A stretch of 64,000 nucleotides of DNA from the human T2T-CHM13v2.0 reference genome, Homo sapiens. The notes beneath the pieces are model-generated. The model searched no databases and was not told the DNA's origin. It saw nothing but the letters and a program-made list of their open reading frames with translations. Shown here piece after piece: positions 15,989-27,857 of the stretch. Each line of letters begins with the position of its first letter. Positions within the stretch are counted from its first letter, which is position 1. The position numbers were made by a program, and so were the translations under genes. Where the stretch lies: NCBI RefSeq assembly GCF_009914755.1, contig NC_060926.1; one strand, 5' to 3'.

Positions 15989-16860
15989 TTCTTTCTTTTT
16001 TTTTTTATTGTTGTTGTTTACTGACCTTCTTTTGGATAGATGGTGGGGAGAAGGTCAGAGAAACCTTCCTGCACAGGCTGTTTTTCAAATACCTTCAGTT
16101 TAAAATATTTAATATATCAAGTTTCAATGTTTTTGGTAGTATGTTTTTGAACCCCATCAGTTAGATACTTACATAGAGTGTCTAAGTTATTACATTAATG
16201 TAACAGGAGTGGGGTTCCATGGCTATTCAGATGAGGTAGGACATCTGGTTCTGTCTAGCTTCACCATGATCAGATGTGTGAGGGGTGGGTCTCCCTTCCA
16301 GGCTACAACTCCCAGCCAGGTTTCCAGGACCCCCCCTTCACCTCATGTTCAGGGCTGGTGAATGGAGAGATTGCCTCCATGAGGGGGTCAGATGGGGGTG
16401 CTAAGCAATGTGTTGATGGAGAGATGACTGTCATTCCTGCTGACAATTCAAGGCAACAAACAGGCTGCTCACTGGACCATAGAGAGAAGGGCAACTGGAC
16501 ACTGATTTGCTGCTTGTGCCTGTGGTGGATGGAGACCTCTTGTCCTTACTCTACTCCTTTCTAGATGGTTGTGGTATCTTTTATTCAGTCTAAGGGCAGG
16601 AAAGCCTTGCTCTGCAAGTTTATATCTGAGCCTCTGTGTCATGTTATGCTTAGAAGTGGACATTGAAGGCTAACTGTTTGGGTTAAAGGAGAAAACCATC
16701 AGAGACTGAAGGATCATGGACTCAGAAGTGGGGAAGACCATAAAGGAATGCTTTTAATTACCATCTTACTGCATTAAATTAATATTGATCTCTGTGCCAT
16801 ACTTTTACTTCCTGTGTCTGGTTTCTGTGAGGATTATCTGCAACCCAAGAGCATAAACCA
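15989..16860 (-). other. Putative L1 3'-transduced segment with its own poly(A) tail
   Basis: Non-L1 sequence lying between the L1PA7/8 tail (16861-16899) and a second T-rich tail (15989-16006), all inside a 16-bp TSD (15973-15988 / 17398-17413). Includes an ERV1-LTR-like end at about 16040-16160. Confidence 0.7.
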
Positions 16861-17397
16861 TTATTATTATTGTTATTATTTTTAAATTTTCTTTTTTTTA
16901 AATTTTACTTTAAGTTCTGGGATACACATGCAGAACATGCAGGTTTGTTACATAGGTATACATGTGCCATGGTGGTTTGCTGCACCTATCAACCTGTCAT
17001 CTAGGTTTTAAGTCTCTCATGCATTAGGTATTTGTCCTAATGCTCTCCCTTCCCATGCCCCACCCCCTCCCGCCGACAGGCCCTGGTGTGTGATGTTCCC
17101 CTCCCTGTTTCCATGTGTTCTAGTTGTTCAACTCCCACTTATGAGTGAGAACATGTGGTGTTTGATTTTCTGTTCCTGTGTTAGTTTGCCGAGAATGATG
17201 GCTTCCAGCTTCATCCATGTCCCTGCAAAGGACATGAACTCATTCTTTTTTATTGCTGCCTAGTATCCCATGTGTATATATGCCACATTTTCTTTATCCA
17301 CTCTATCATTTATGGGCATTTGGGTTGGTTCCAAGTCTTTGTTGTTGTAAATTGTGCTGCCATAAACATACATGTGCATATGTCTTTGTAGTAGAGT
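16861..17397 (-). mobile_element. 5'-truncated L1PA7/L1PA8
   Basis: 3'UTR gtcatctaggttttaag...atgcattaggtatttgtcctaatgctctccc plus the end of ORF2. Confidence 0.88.
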
Positions 17398-17479
17398 TGG
17401 TAACCACTTTTCTATTCGGTTTCTGTGAGATCATCCCTTTTAGATTCCACATATAAGTGAGATTATACAAGTACATAAA

Positions 17480-18120
17480 GGTAACAAGATTTTTATCCCA
17501 TGCTTTTCTTGATGTTTATTAGTTTTGGGTTCTAATTTTGTTCTTAGATCCATGTTTGAATTAATTTTTGCATATAGTGTGGGGTATAGATCAAAGACCT
17601 TTATTTGTGTATGTATGGAAAGCCAATATTTTCAACACCCATTTTTTGAAAAGTGTACCCTTTCTTCACTTAATTGCCTTTGGGTCTTCGTCAGAAATCA
17701 GCTGTCTATATATGTGTGGGTTAACTACTGAAGCCTATTCTGTTCTACTGATCTGCTTGTCTATCTTTAAGCCAGTGAATTACTCTTGATCACTATAGGT
17801 TTATAATAAGTCATGAAATTAGGTAGTCTTAGCCTTCCTGTTGTGTTCTTTTGCCAATATTTTGACTATTCTATGTCTTTTGAATTTCCATATGAATTTT
17901 AGAATCAGCTTGTCACTTTCTATAGAAAAGCCTCCTTGAATTTTAGTTGGGACTTAATTAAATCTAAGGTTAGTTAGGGAGAATTAACAATTTAAATATA
18001 TTGTTTTCTGCTTCAAAATATCCTTTAACTGATTTTAGTATAGCCACTTCAGCCTTCTTTTGATTAGTATTTGTAGGGTTTATTTGTTCAACATTTCATT
18101 TTTTAAATATTTTAGTCATT
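17480..18120 (-). mobile_element. Old L1M fragment (host; resumes 20701-22580)
   Basis: Degenerate ORF2 (tttccatatgaattttagaatcagcttgtc; tagtatagccacttcagcc). Confidence 0.65.
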
Positions 18121-18872
18121 ATTTGTTTTTTAAATGGATACATAACATTTGTACATATCTGTGAGTTGCATATGATATTTTATTAGATACATAGACAATG
18201 TAATGATTATGGCTGGCTATTTGTGGTCTTCATTATTTTAAGTATTTATCATTTTTATGTCTTGGGAACATTTTGAGTCCTCTCTTCTTGCCATTTGAAG
18301 TATACAATATATTGTTGTTAACTATAGCCACCTTACTCTGCCATCAAACATTAGAACTTATTCCTTCTATCTAACTGTATGTGTGTACCCATTAACCAAC
18401 CTCTTTTTATCACCCCCCTTTCCCCACCCACACACCCTTCTCAATCTCTGGTATCCATCATTCTACTCTGTACTTCCATGAGATTACCTTTTTAGCTTTT
18501 ATAGATGAGTGAGGACATGTGATATTTGTCTTTCTGTGCCTAGCTTTTTTCGCTTAATAGAATGACTTCCAGTTCCATCCTCGTTTCTGTAAATGACATA
18601 ATTTCATTCTTTTTTATGCCTGAATAGTATTTCATCATGTATATATACCACATTTTCTTTATTAATTCATTTGTTGATGGACACTTGGGTTGAATCTATA
18701 TCTTCTTTAATTGTGAATAGTGCTGCAATAAATATGAAAGTGCGGGTATCACTTTGATATACTTATTTCTTTTCCTTTGAGTAACTATTCAGTGGGGGAT
18801 TGCTGGATTACATGATAGTTCTATTTTTAGGTTTTTGAGAAATCTCCATACTGTTTTCCATAGTGGTTGTAC

Positions 18873-18874
<2 letters not shown>

Positions 18875-18906
<32 letters not shown>

Positions 18907-19194
18907 AGACAGAGTCTCACTCTGTCCCTCAGGCTGGAGTGCAGTGGTGTGATCATGGCTCACTGTTGCCTTGACCTCCCTGGACTTAAACAATCCTGCT
19001 GCCTCAGCTTCCCAAGCAGCTGGGGCTACAGGTGCCTGTCACCACACCTGGCAATTTTTTTTTTTTTTTTTTTTTGTAGAGACAGGGTTTCACTATGTTG
19101 CCCAGGCTGACCTCAAACTCCTGGGCTTGAGGAATGTGCCTGCCTTGGCCTCCCATAGTGCTGGGATTACAGGAGTGAGCCACTGGGACCAGTC
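18875..19194 (-). mobile_element. AluJ
   Basis: Dimeric Alu with J-type text (gatcatggctcactg...cttgacctcc; aactcctgggct); 31-T tail; no TSD. Confidence 0.88.
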
Positions 19195-19933
19195 TGTTGT
19201 CTTTTTAATAATAACCTTTCTAGCTGGGGTAAGATGATATCTCATTGTGGTTTTGATTTGCATTTCCATGATGATTGATTAGTGATTTTTTTCATATACC
19301 TGTTGGCCATTTGTATGTCTTCTTTTGAGAAATGTCTATTCATGTCCTTTGCCTGCTTTATAGTGAGATTATTATTACTTTTTTTACTCTTGAGTTATTT
19401 GAGTTCCTTGTATAGTCTGAATATTAGTCACTTGTTGGATAAATAGACTGCCTATATTTTCTCCCATTTAACAGGTGGTCTCTTCATTCTGTCGATCGCT
19501 TCCTTTACTATGCAGAAGCTTTTAACTTTAATATGGTTCCTTTTGTCTATTTTTGTTTTTCTTGCCTGTGCTTTTGAGGTCTTAGCCATAAAATCTTTGC
19601 CAAGACCAATGTCCTAAAGTGTTTCCCCAGAGGGAAAAAATGATGAAGTTCAGAGCAGAACTAAACAAAATAGAGACTAAAAAATTTTATAAAGAACAAC
19701 AAAACAAAAAGTTTTTTTTAAATAAGATAAACAAAATTGAAAACTATTAGCTACACTAACCAAGAAAAAAAGAGAAGACCCAAATAAACAAAATCAGAAA
19801 TGAGAAAGAAGATATTACGATAGGACAGAAATACAAAAGATCATCAGAGACTACTATGAAATTATCCCTCTGCAGATGATATGATCTTATATCTAGAAAA
19901 ACCTAAAGATTCTACTGTTAAAATGATTGTACT

Positions 19934-20242
19934 GCCTGGGCACAGTGGCTCACGCCTGTAATCCCAACACTTTGGGAGGTCAAAGCGGGTGGATCATGAG
20001 GTCGGGAGTTCAAGATCAGCCTGGCCAAGATGGTGAAACCCCGTCTCTACTAAAAATATAAAAATTAGCTGAGCATGGTGGCGGGCACCTGTAATCCCAG
20101 CTACTCGGAAGGCTGAGGCAGGGAATTGCTTGAACCCAGGAGGCACAGGTTGCAATGAGCAGAGATCGTGCCACTGCACCACAGCCTGGGCGACAGAGCA
20201 AGACTCTGTCTCAGAAAAAAAAAAAAAAAGAAAAGAAAAAAA
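19934..20242 (+). mobile_element. AluS (AluSg-like)
   Basis: Full dimer with A-tail; flanking duplication gatt(g/a)tactg. Confidence 0.92.
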
Positions 20243-20972
20243 GATTATACTGCCCAAAACAATATACAGATTCAGTGCAATCCCTATCAAAATACAAATA
20301 TCATTTTTCAGAAAAATAAAAAAAATTCTAAAACTTACATGGAAACATGAAAGCATCCTAATAGCCCAATCATGAACAAAAAGAATAAAGCAGGAAGCAT
20401 TACACTACTTGACTTCAAAATATATTATAAGGCTATAGTAAACCAAACAGCATGGTATTGGTATAAAAATAGGCATATAGACCAAAGGAATATAATAGAG
20501 AACTGAGAAATAAATCCATGTATTTACTGTCAACTGATTTTTGACAAAGGCACTAAGAACATACACAGGGAGAAAGGACACACTCTTCAGTAAATGGTGC
20601 TGGGTAAATTGGATGTTCTTATGCAGGAGAATGAAACTTGGTCTTTACCTTTTACCATATATAAAATCAACTCAATTTGGATTAAATATTTAAATGTGAG
20701 TCATTATATTTAGAATGTGTTTCTTGTTAGCAGCATATACTTAGGTCTTGCCTTTTTATTTAATCTGCCAATTAATTAAGGGCATTTAGCACATAAAGAT
20801 GAAAGGTGATTATTGATATGATTGGAGTTAAATTTATCATCAGTCTATCTGTTTTTCAAAACATCTATTCCCTCTGTTACTTGTTTACCTTTCCTGTTTT
20901 TCTATCTTTGGGATAATTGAACATACTCTATGATTCCATTTTAATTTTCCTTGTTGTGCTATTTGCTATGGT

Positions 20973-21170
20973 TTGTCCCTTTCTTTCCTCCTTCCCTTCC
21001 CTCTTTTCTCTTTTTCTTTGTCTTTCTTTTTCTGTCCCTCCCTCCCTCCTCCCTCTCTCCCTCTCTGCACTTTTTCCTTCCTTCCTTTCTTTTTTTTCCT
21101 TTCTTTCTTTTCCTTCTCCTCTCTCCCTCCCCTTGCCACCCCTCTCTCTCTCTTTCTTTTCTTTTCTTTG
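20973..21170. repeat. Homopyrimidine (CT-rich) low-complexity tract
   Basis: About 195 bp almost entirely C/T on the plus strand. Confidence 0.95.
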
Positions 21171-21852
21171 GGACTCATATATCTTGTACCATTATCAGAT
21201 GTCATACCTCTTTGGGTATAGCACAAGATCCTTACAAAGATGTCTTTTCATCCCTTCCTCCTGATCGTCGTGTTATTGTTGTTATTCATTTTAATTTTAG
21301 ATAAATCTCACTCTACATAGTGATTACTTTTAATATTCAGCTATGTTTAACAGAGTTACAGAAATTACAAAACATTTTGCATTTACTCACATTTTGGGCA
21401 TTTCTAGTACCCTTCATTTCTTTGTATGGGTGTAGATTTCTATTTGGTATTATTTTTCTTCTTTCTGTACTTTAGATTTGCTACTGATGAGCTCTTAACT
21501 ATTTGTATTTCTAAAAACAGCCCTAGTTTGCTTTCATTTTAAAATGTACTTTTACTTGATATAGAATAATAGTTGATAGGTTTTTTTTTTTTTTTAGTAT
21601 TTTAGAGTTGGTTCACTATCTTCTGTATTACATTGTTCCTAATGAGAAGTCTGCATCAATTTTATTTTTCGTTCTCTGTACCTAGTGTGTCTTTTGTCTT
21701 TGGCAGCTTTCAAGACTTATCACTGGTTCTAAGTAATTTGATTTTTATATGCCTTGGTGTAGTGTTTTTTCATATTTCTTTTGCTTAGTATTCATTGAGC
21801 TTCTTGGGTCTATGACTTTATAGTTTTCATGAAGTTTGGATACAACTTTGTC

Positions 21853-22223
21853 TTTTTTTATTATACTTTAAGTTCTAGGGTACACGTGTGCAACTTGCAG
21901 GTTTGTTACATATGTATACATGTGCCATGTTGGTGGGCCGCACCCATTAACTCGTCATTTACATTAGGTATATCTCCTAATGCTATCCCTCCCCCCTTCC
22001 CCCACCCCACAACAGGCCCTGGTGTGTGATGTTCCCCTTCCTGTGTCCAAGTGTTCTCATTGTTCAATTCCCACCTATGAGTGAGAACATTCAGTGTTAG
22101 ATTTTTTGTCCTTGCGATAGTTTGCTGAGAATGATGGTTTCCAGCTTCATCCATGTCCCTACAAAGGACATGAACTCATCTTTTTCTATTGCTGCATAGT
22201 ATTCCATGGTGTATATGTGCCAC
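21853..22223 (-). mobile_element. 5'-truncated L1PA4/5 (3' ~370 bp)
   Basis: ttatactttaagttctagggtac...cccattaactcgtcatttacattaggtatatctcctaatgc. Confidence 0.9.
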
Positions 22224-22968
22224 TGTTTTTATCTGCTCTTACCACTCTAGAGGACTTCAATTACAAGTATATTCAGCTACTTAAAATTGTCTCACAACTC
22301 ACTGATGACCCGTTCTTTTTTTGTTTTGAATGTTTTCTCTCTGATTTATATGCATAATTTCTACTGCTGTCTTCAACTTTGATCATGCTTTCTTCTTCTA
22401 CAAGGTCTATTCTGCTGTTAATTCTGGTCAATGTATTTTTCATTTCAGCTATTTTATTTTTCATCTCTCGTCGTTTGTGTCTTAAAAACATTCTCTCATG
22501 TCTCTACTTGCTTGTTTTTGCTCTACATGCTAATGTTTCCTCTACTTTCTATAAATATGGAATACATTTATAATTACCTTTTTAGAGCTAATCACACAAA
22601 TATTTATTAGTACTATAATACTGTCACCTTCTTAATTTAGAGAAGAAAAATTGGGATCTGGCTTGGAAGTTCTACTCCAAGGTATCTGGCGTCCCCAGCT
22701 TTTCTGTCTTTCTTCTACATTCTCCAACCCTGTGCCCTGTGCTTCTAATTCATATTTAGCAGTGACTGTGTTACTATACTCTTAACACTTCCAGAGTTGG
22801 GTTAAAAATTGAATGCATGCTTGAAATTTATTTATTAGTCTAAGTATCAATGACCATAACATTTGACTAGCCACATTACAGATGTGAAATTGGTCTGCAG
22901 TTTATAATACTGAATCTTATTTGTCTTGCCATTTTCACATCTGAGTATTAACTATGGGTGATTTAATT

Positions 22969-24657
22969 GGGTTTGGGCCATAGTCCTAAAAGATTCAATT
23001 CCTAATGCTATAATCATGAATGTTGAACTCCTGAAAGATCCAAATTCCTAATGTCTAAAATCTAAAAATCATAATCTTGAAAAATCAATATCCCTAAAAT
23101 ATAATTCTGAAAAAGACTAATTTAAAAAATACTTTGAAAAACATTCGTTTACACTTTTAAAGGGGATTTATTTGACAAACATATAAAACATGGCAGAATA
23201 CTTCATAGGACACTTTACACAATTAAATAGATAATAATTACACATTTTTGCAAGCATAGGCACTCCAGTATACTAACAACAGTCACACAGTTTTGAACAT
23301 AAAACTTATTGATAAAGAAATGGGTCAAAATGGGAAATGTATAGGCATATATCACTATCATTGGTAATTGTGTGCATCCAGCTTTGTACCTGCAGTGATC
23401 TGAAATACTATAAAGGACAACCTAAATGTTTTGATGAGACTGATAAAAAACTGCAATGGGTCACTATCACATATTCAGTTACCTGAAGAGCTGAGACCTG
23501 GAGAAATTTTATCTTTCATATATGTAGAGATACAAAAAGGATATCTCTTCATTTATTGAGGAAGCTTCAACATTTTTATGTATATGTATAATGCTTGCAC
23601 ACAAAGTCAGTATTGTGATAATGTATTTTTATGGAGTCAAATTTGCAAAGAATGCATAAAACAAATTAGAATTCTCTAAAAGTCTTAAATTTATCTGTAC
23701 CTCCAGTATTGGAAATGATATAAAGATAAAATACAACACATAGCAAATTGTAAAAAATAATGCTGACAATTTAAAACAGTGGGGAAAATAAAACTAAAAG
23801 AAAAACCTAAAAGAAAATTTGATACATGAATAAAAGATGTATTACAGGGATAGATTATGGACAACCGTATGGAGATAGTCCATAAGAGCTGGCCAACTTT
23901 CATGATCATTTACTATATTTTGACATCTTGCATAGTAATGAATAGCTGTGTTGTTGTTTTTTTTTCTTTTAGGGCATGGCTTTCCTCAGGGAATATGTTC
24001 ACACTCATTTTCTATGTGGTGTTGATCTTTTTGAAATTCTGCTATGATTTAATATATTGTGACATGAACATTCCCTATCAAAATTTTGCATCTTCTCTGC
24101 CTTGTTTTCATGTTGTTTTACTTATGCAAAAATCCATTTCACATGCACTAAAATACAAACCGTAAATTTAGAGGAAACAATACTGGTGATGGAACAGCAA
24201 CACCATTTAGTGTCTTCTTACTTTACCATGCATGTAACCATTTTTGAACTAGTCAGTAACTGCCTTGGCTTCTCCAGGCAAATGTGGCTTTAATTCACCA
24301 AAAGCTCCTAGAATATCATCAGCTAGAAGGAATGCCAGTGCAGAAAAATGACACATTTTTAAACTTGAAGTTTTTGTTATTGCTCTATTGCATGGCCAAT
24401 CCACTCATCTGAATTTTCTGTCAAATGCATTGGACTGAATGGATAAAACAAATTTTGTTAGTAACACCTTGAAATTTATTTTAGAGGTCTTGATCACACT
24501 CAGTTCCAAATCTGTCATTATGGTTTGGGGATTCAGTTAGACGTTATGTATTTTAGACTTTAGGGATTTTGATCTTTATGGATGACTTTTGATCTTTTGG
24601 GATTTCAACATTTGGATTATGGCATTTGGGATTCTGATTTTCAGAATTATGATTGGC
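22969..24657 (-). mobile_element. Ricksha-type MULE/MuDR DNA transposon with transposase remnant
   Basis: Long internally repetitive terminal inverted repeats (gggtttgggccatagtcctaaaaga...aatgttgaa / ttcaacatttggattatggcatttggga). Minus-strand 24190-24535 translates, with a frameshift and stops, to PQTIMTDLE...NKICFIH...QKIQMSGL...SALAFL. Confidence 0.8.
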
Positions 24658-26410
24658 AATTTTAACTAATTCTGGCTCGGTATATTAATAATGCAATGCT
24701 TTTTTCAAGCTATTTGTAAGTGATTCATCTTCCAGTCTAATGTGAATTCTAGAAGGAAGGCAACTCGCTTGAAAAGCCACATGGTTCAAGAACTCAAATT
24801 GGGAATGATTTTTTAAAAAAACTTGAGACAAATTTCACTTACTAGAAAATTTACCTTCTTAAAGTATAAAATTCAATGGTTTTCAGTATTTTTGCATGAA
24901 GGTTCCAGTTTCTCTACACCTCTGATTGTTATTTGCCTTCCTTCCTCCCTCATTTATTATAATCATTTTAGTGGGTGTAAAGTGGTTCCGATTGTAGTTT
25001 TGATATGCATTTCCTTAATGACTAATGATGTTGAACGTCTTTTTTCATGTGCTTATTGGACATTTGTAAATCTCCTTTGGAGAGATGTCTATTCAAATCC
25101 TTAACTCATTTTGTAATTGGGTCATTGTTTCTACACTAGCTTTTAAAATGTTCTTGTCAACTAATTCTATTACATATGTTATTTCAAGGTATTTTTCAAT
25201 TGATTGACTTTTCCCACCTTTATGGATTGTAGTGTCTTGCTTCTTTGAATGTCTAGCAATTTTATATTGAATGTCAAACATGGTGAATTTGACCTTGTTG
25301 GGTGCTGGGCATTCATTAGTTTAAAGAATAATCTTGCATTTTGTTCTGTAATGTACTTGTTATTTGGCAACATTTAATCCTTCAAGTCATGCTTTTAAGT
25401 TTCATTAGTCTGGGCCAGGGCAGCCTTCAGTTTAGGGCCAATTTTGTTCCACTACTAAGATATACACATCTAAGCATTTTACCCAGTGCTCTGGAAATAC
25501 TGAGGTTTTTTTACTTTGGTGGAAAAATGAATTTTTCTAGTCCTATGTAAGCTCTCTTTCTTATGATTCTTCCTTCTGCTCTTCTAGATCATTCTTCCTC
25601 TTATAGTTTCCTTACACACATATTTAAATCATTTCTCTTTTCTGTAGTTCTCCAGAGCAATCTGTGCAGATCTTTCCCCTTTGGAGGCCTGCCCTGTGAA
25701 CTCCAGTTACAAAAATCTCTCCAGACTCCCTCCTCTATTTTGTCTTCTGGAGACAAGCTCCTCTACAGATCATTTTCCTGCACAGCAGCCTAGAAATTCT
25801 CTCCAGATCTCAAGCTTAGCAATAGTAGAGCTCCATTGTTTTTTTTGTTGGGCACAGTGATAGCTTTCCTGCATTGCCTGAGAACTTTTATTCCACATAT
25901 TTTGTCCCCCACTTTTTTTTAATACTTCAGATGGGAAGGGAAATTCTATCTCATTGCCCAATTTTGGCCAGGAGCACAAGTCTGTATTGATCTTTTAGAA
26001 ACGTGTCTTTTTTGACTTATTTTACTGGTTGTTTTAGATATCACAACATAGATATTTAAGTTATCACAGTTAACCTTCAAATAAAATTATACTTTTAAAC
26101 AAATGTTTAAGAAACTTAAAACTATATATTTCTATTCACTCCTCTGCTTTTTATCCTCTTATTGTCTTATATATTTTCTCTGCATGTGCTGTGCACCAGT
26201 TATATTTTTATTGTTTATATTTTAAACTGTTAATAGCCATTAAAACATTTCAAGAAGCTAACAAAAAACGCTTTTATATTTGCTTAGATATTTACCCTTT
26301 TTGGTTCATTATTCTTTCCTATAGTTCTAGAATTTCATCTGGTTTAACTTTCCATCAGTCGTAGGCAACTATTTTTTAAATTGAGATTAGTTTTTCAAGA
26401 CTAATTCTAG

Positions 26411-26603
26411 AAAACTAATAGAAGAAAAGATGTGCTTTTTCCTAGAAGTAATTATTGTTTGTCTCAGTCTTTACTATTCTTTTATACAAAATGTCTATGC
26501 TATGACCAAAAATTACAAGATACATATAGAAGCAAGAAAATGTGACTCATACAGACAAGAAAAGAAACAGTTAATAAAAGCAGAACAAAAGGTAGTCCAT
26601 ATG
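26411..26603 (+). repeat. Inverted repeat arm A
   Basis: Reverse complement of 27667-27857; core 26432-26549 has one mismatch in 118 bp. Confidence 0.95.
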
Positions 26604-27264
26604 TGTGAATAAAAAAGCCTATTTAGTCTTCATTTCTGAAGGATATTTTCATTGTATATGGAATTATGTGTTGACTGCCTTCTTTCCGACTCTTCAGTAT
26701 TGTTATTCTGTTAATTTTGGTCTCTACTGTTTCTGATGAGAAGACAACTGTTATTGTTGTTCTTTTTGTTGCTTTAGCTCCATTTAGGATTTTCTCTTTG
26801 TCTTTGACTTTGCATGTTTTCACACTTGTGTTAGGTACAGTTTTCTTTGTATTTGTACTTCTTGGGGTTGAGTTTTTAATCTGTGGGTCAATGTCCTTCA
26901 TCAATTTTGAAAAGTTTGCAGCTATTTTGTTTTTAAATATTTCTTCTGCACTATTCTTTTTCTTCTACTCCTAGGACTCTGATTACATGTGTTTTGGAAC
27001 TTTTCATATTGTCTTACAGCTTTTCATCTTGTGCCACAGGTGCTCGCTTTTTTTGTTTTTAATAATTCTTGTCTTTGAGTTTCATTTTTGTTACTTTATA
27101 TTGATCGTCTTCAAGTTCATTGGTCCTTTCCTCTGCTGTGTGCATTTTGCATTTAAGGTCTTCTCTTGGATTCTTTATTTTGATGTAGTGTTTCTAATTT
27201 CTAGTGTTTTCATTTGGTTTAAGAAATAGTGTATTTTCCTGCTGTAATCACTTAGCTCCTAAAG

Positions 27265-27581
27265 CAGCAGTCCCAAACCTTTTTTGACATCAGGGAATGG
27301 TTTCATGGAAGACAATTTTTCCATGGATGGGGGTGGAGGGGATTGTTTCAGGATGAAACTGTTCCACTTCAGATCATCAGGCATTAGATTCTCACAAGGA
27401 ACATACAGCCTAGATCCCTTGCATGCACAGTTCATAATAAGATTCGTGCTTCTATGAGAATCTAATGATGCTGTGGATCTGGCAGGAGGTGGAGCTCAGG
27501 AAGTAATGTTCACTTGCCTACCACTCACCTCCTATTGTGTGGCCTGGTTCCTAACAGGCCACATACCAGTACTGGTCTCTG
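27265..27581 (+). mobile_element. MER1B (hAT-Charlie), 3' TIR missing
   Basis: cagcagtcccaaaccttttt...gaagacaatttttccatgga...gatgaaactgttccacttcagatcatcaggcattagattctc. Confidence 0.88.
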
Positions 27582-27666
27582 TCTTAAAGCATGTTGTATA
27601 CATTTTCCACAGGATCCTTTAGCATTTTTATCCTAAATACCTTCAAGACCCAGTCTGATATTTCAT

Positions 27667-27857
27667 CATCTGGGCCATCTCCGGTTCTGCTTTTAATAAC
27701 TGTTTCTTCTCTTGTCTGTGAGTCACATTTTCTTGCTTCTATATGTATCTTGTAATTTTTGGTCATAGCATAGACATTTTGTATAAAAGAATAGTAAAGA
27801 CTGAGGCAAACAATAATTACTTCTAGGAAAAAGCACCCCTTTTCTTCTATCAGTTTT
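27667..27857 (-). repeat. Inverted repeat arm B
   Basis: Same peptide string CFFLEVIIVCLSLYYSFIQNVYAMTKNYKIHIEARKCDS appears in ORFs 26430-26612(+) and 27584-27934(-). Confidence 0.95.

Larger units (their letters stand above)
18125..20700 (-). mobile_element. L1MA3/4-type element with 5' inversion (minus 18125-19629, plus 19630-20700)
   Basis: L1MA 3'UTR on minus strand; orientation switch near 19629; candidate TSD agtcattat at 18114-18122 and 20699-20707. Confidence 0.8.
20701..22580 (-). mobile_element. Old L1M (ORF2 start / ORF1 region)
   Basis: gtgtttcttgttagcagcatatacttaggtcttg; ORF 22273-22491 resembles a decayed ORF1 coiled coil (MKNTLTRINSRIDLVEE). Confidence 0.65.

Noticed and set aside
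20917-21304. Overlapping ORFs rich in Phe/Leu/Ser or Lys/Arg/Glu
   Set aside because: Artefact of the CT-rich tract
22969-23110. CRISPR-like or tandem array of short aatcc/ctaaaa units
   Set aside because: Internal subrepeats of the Ricksha TIR, mirrored at 24550-24657
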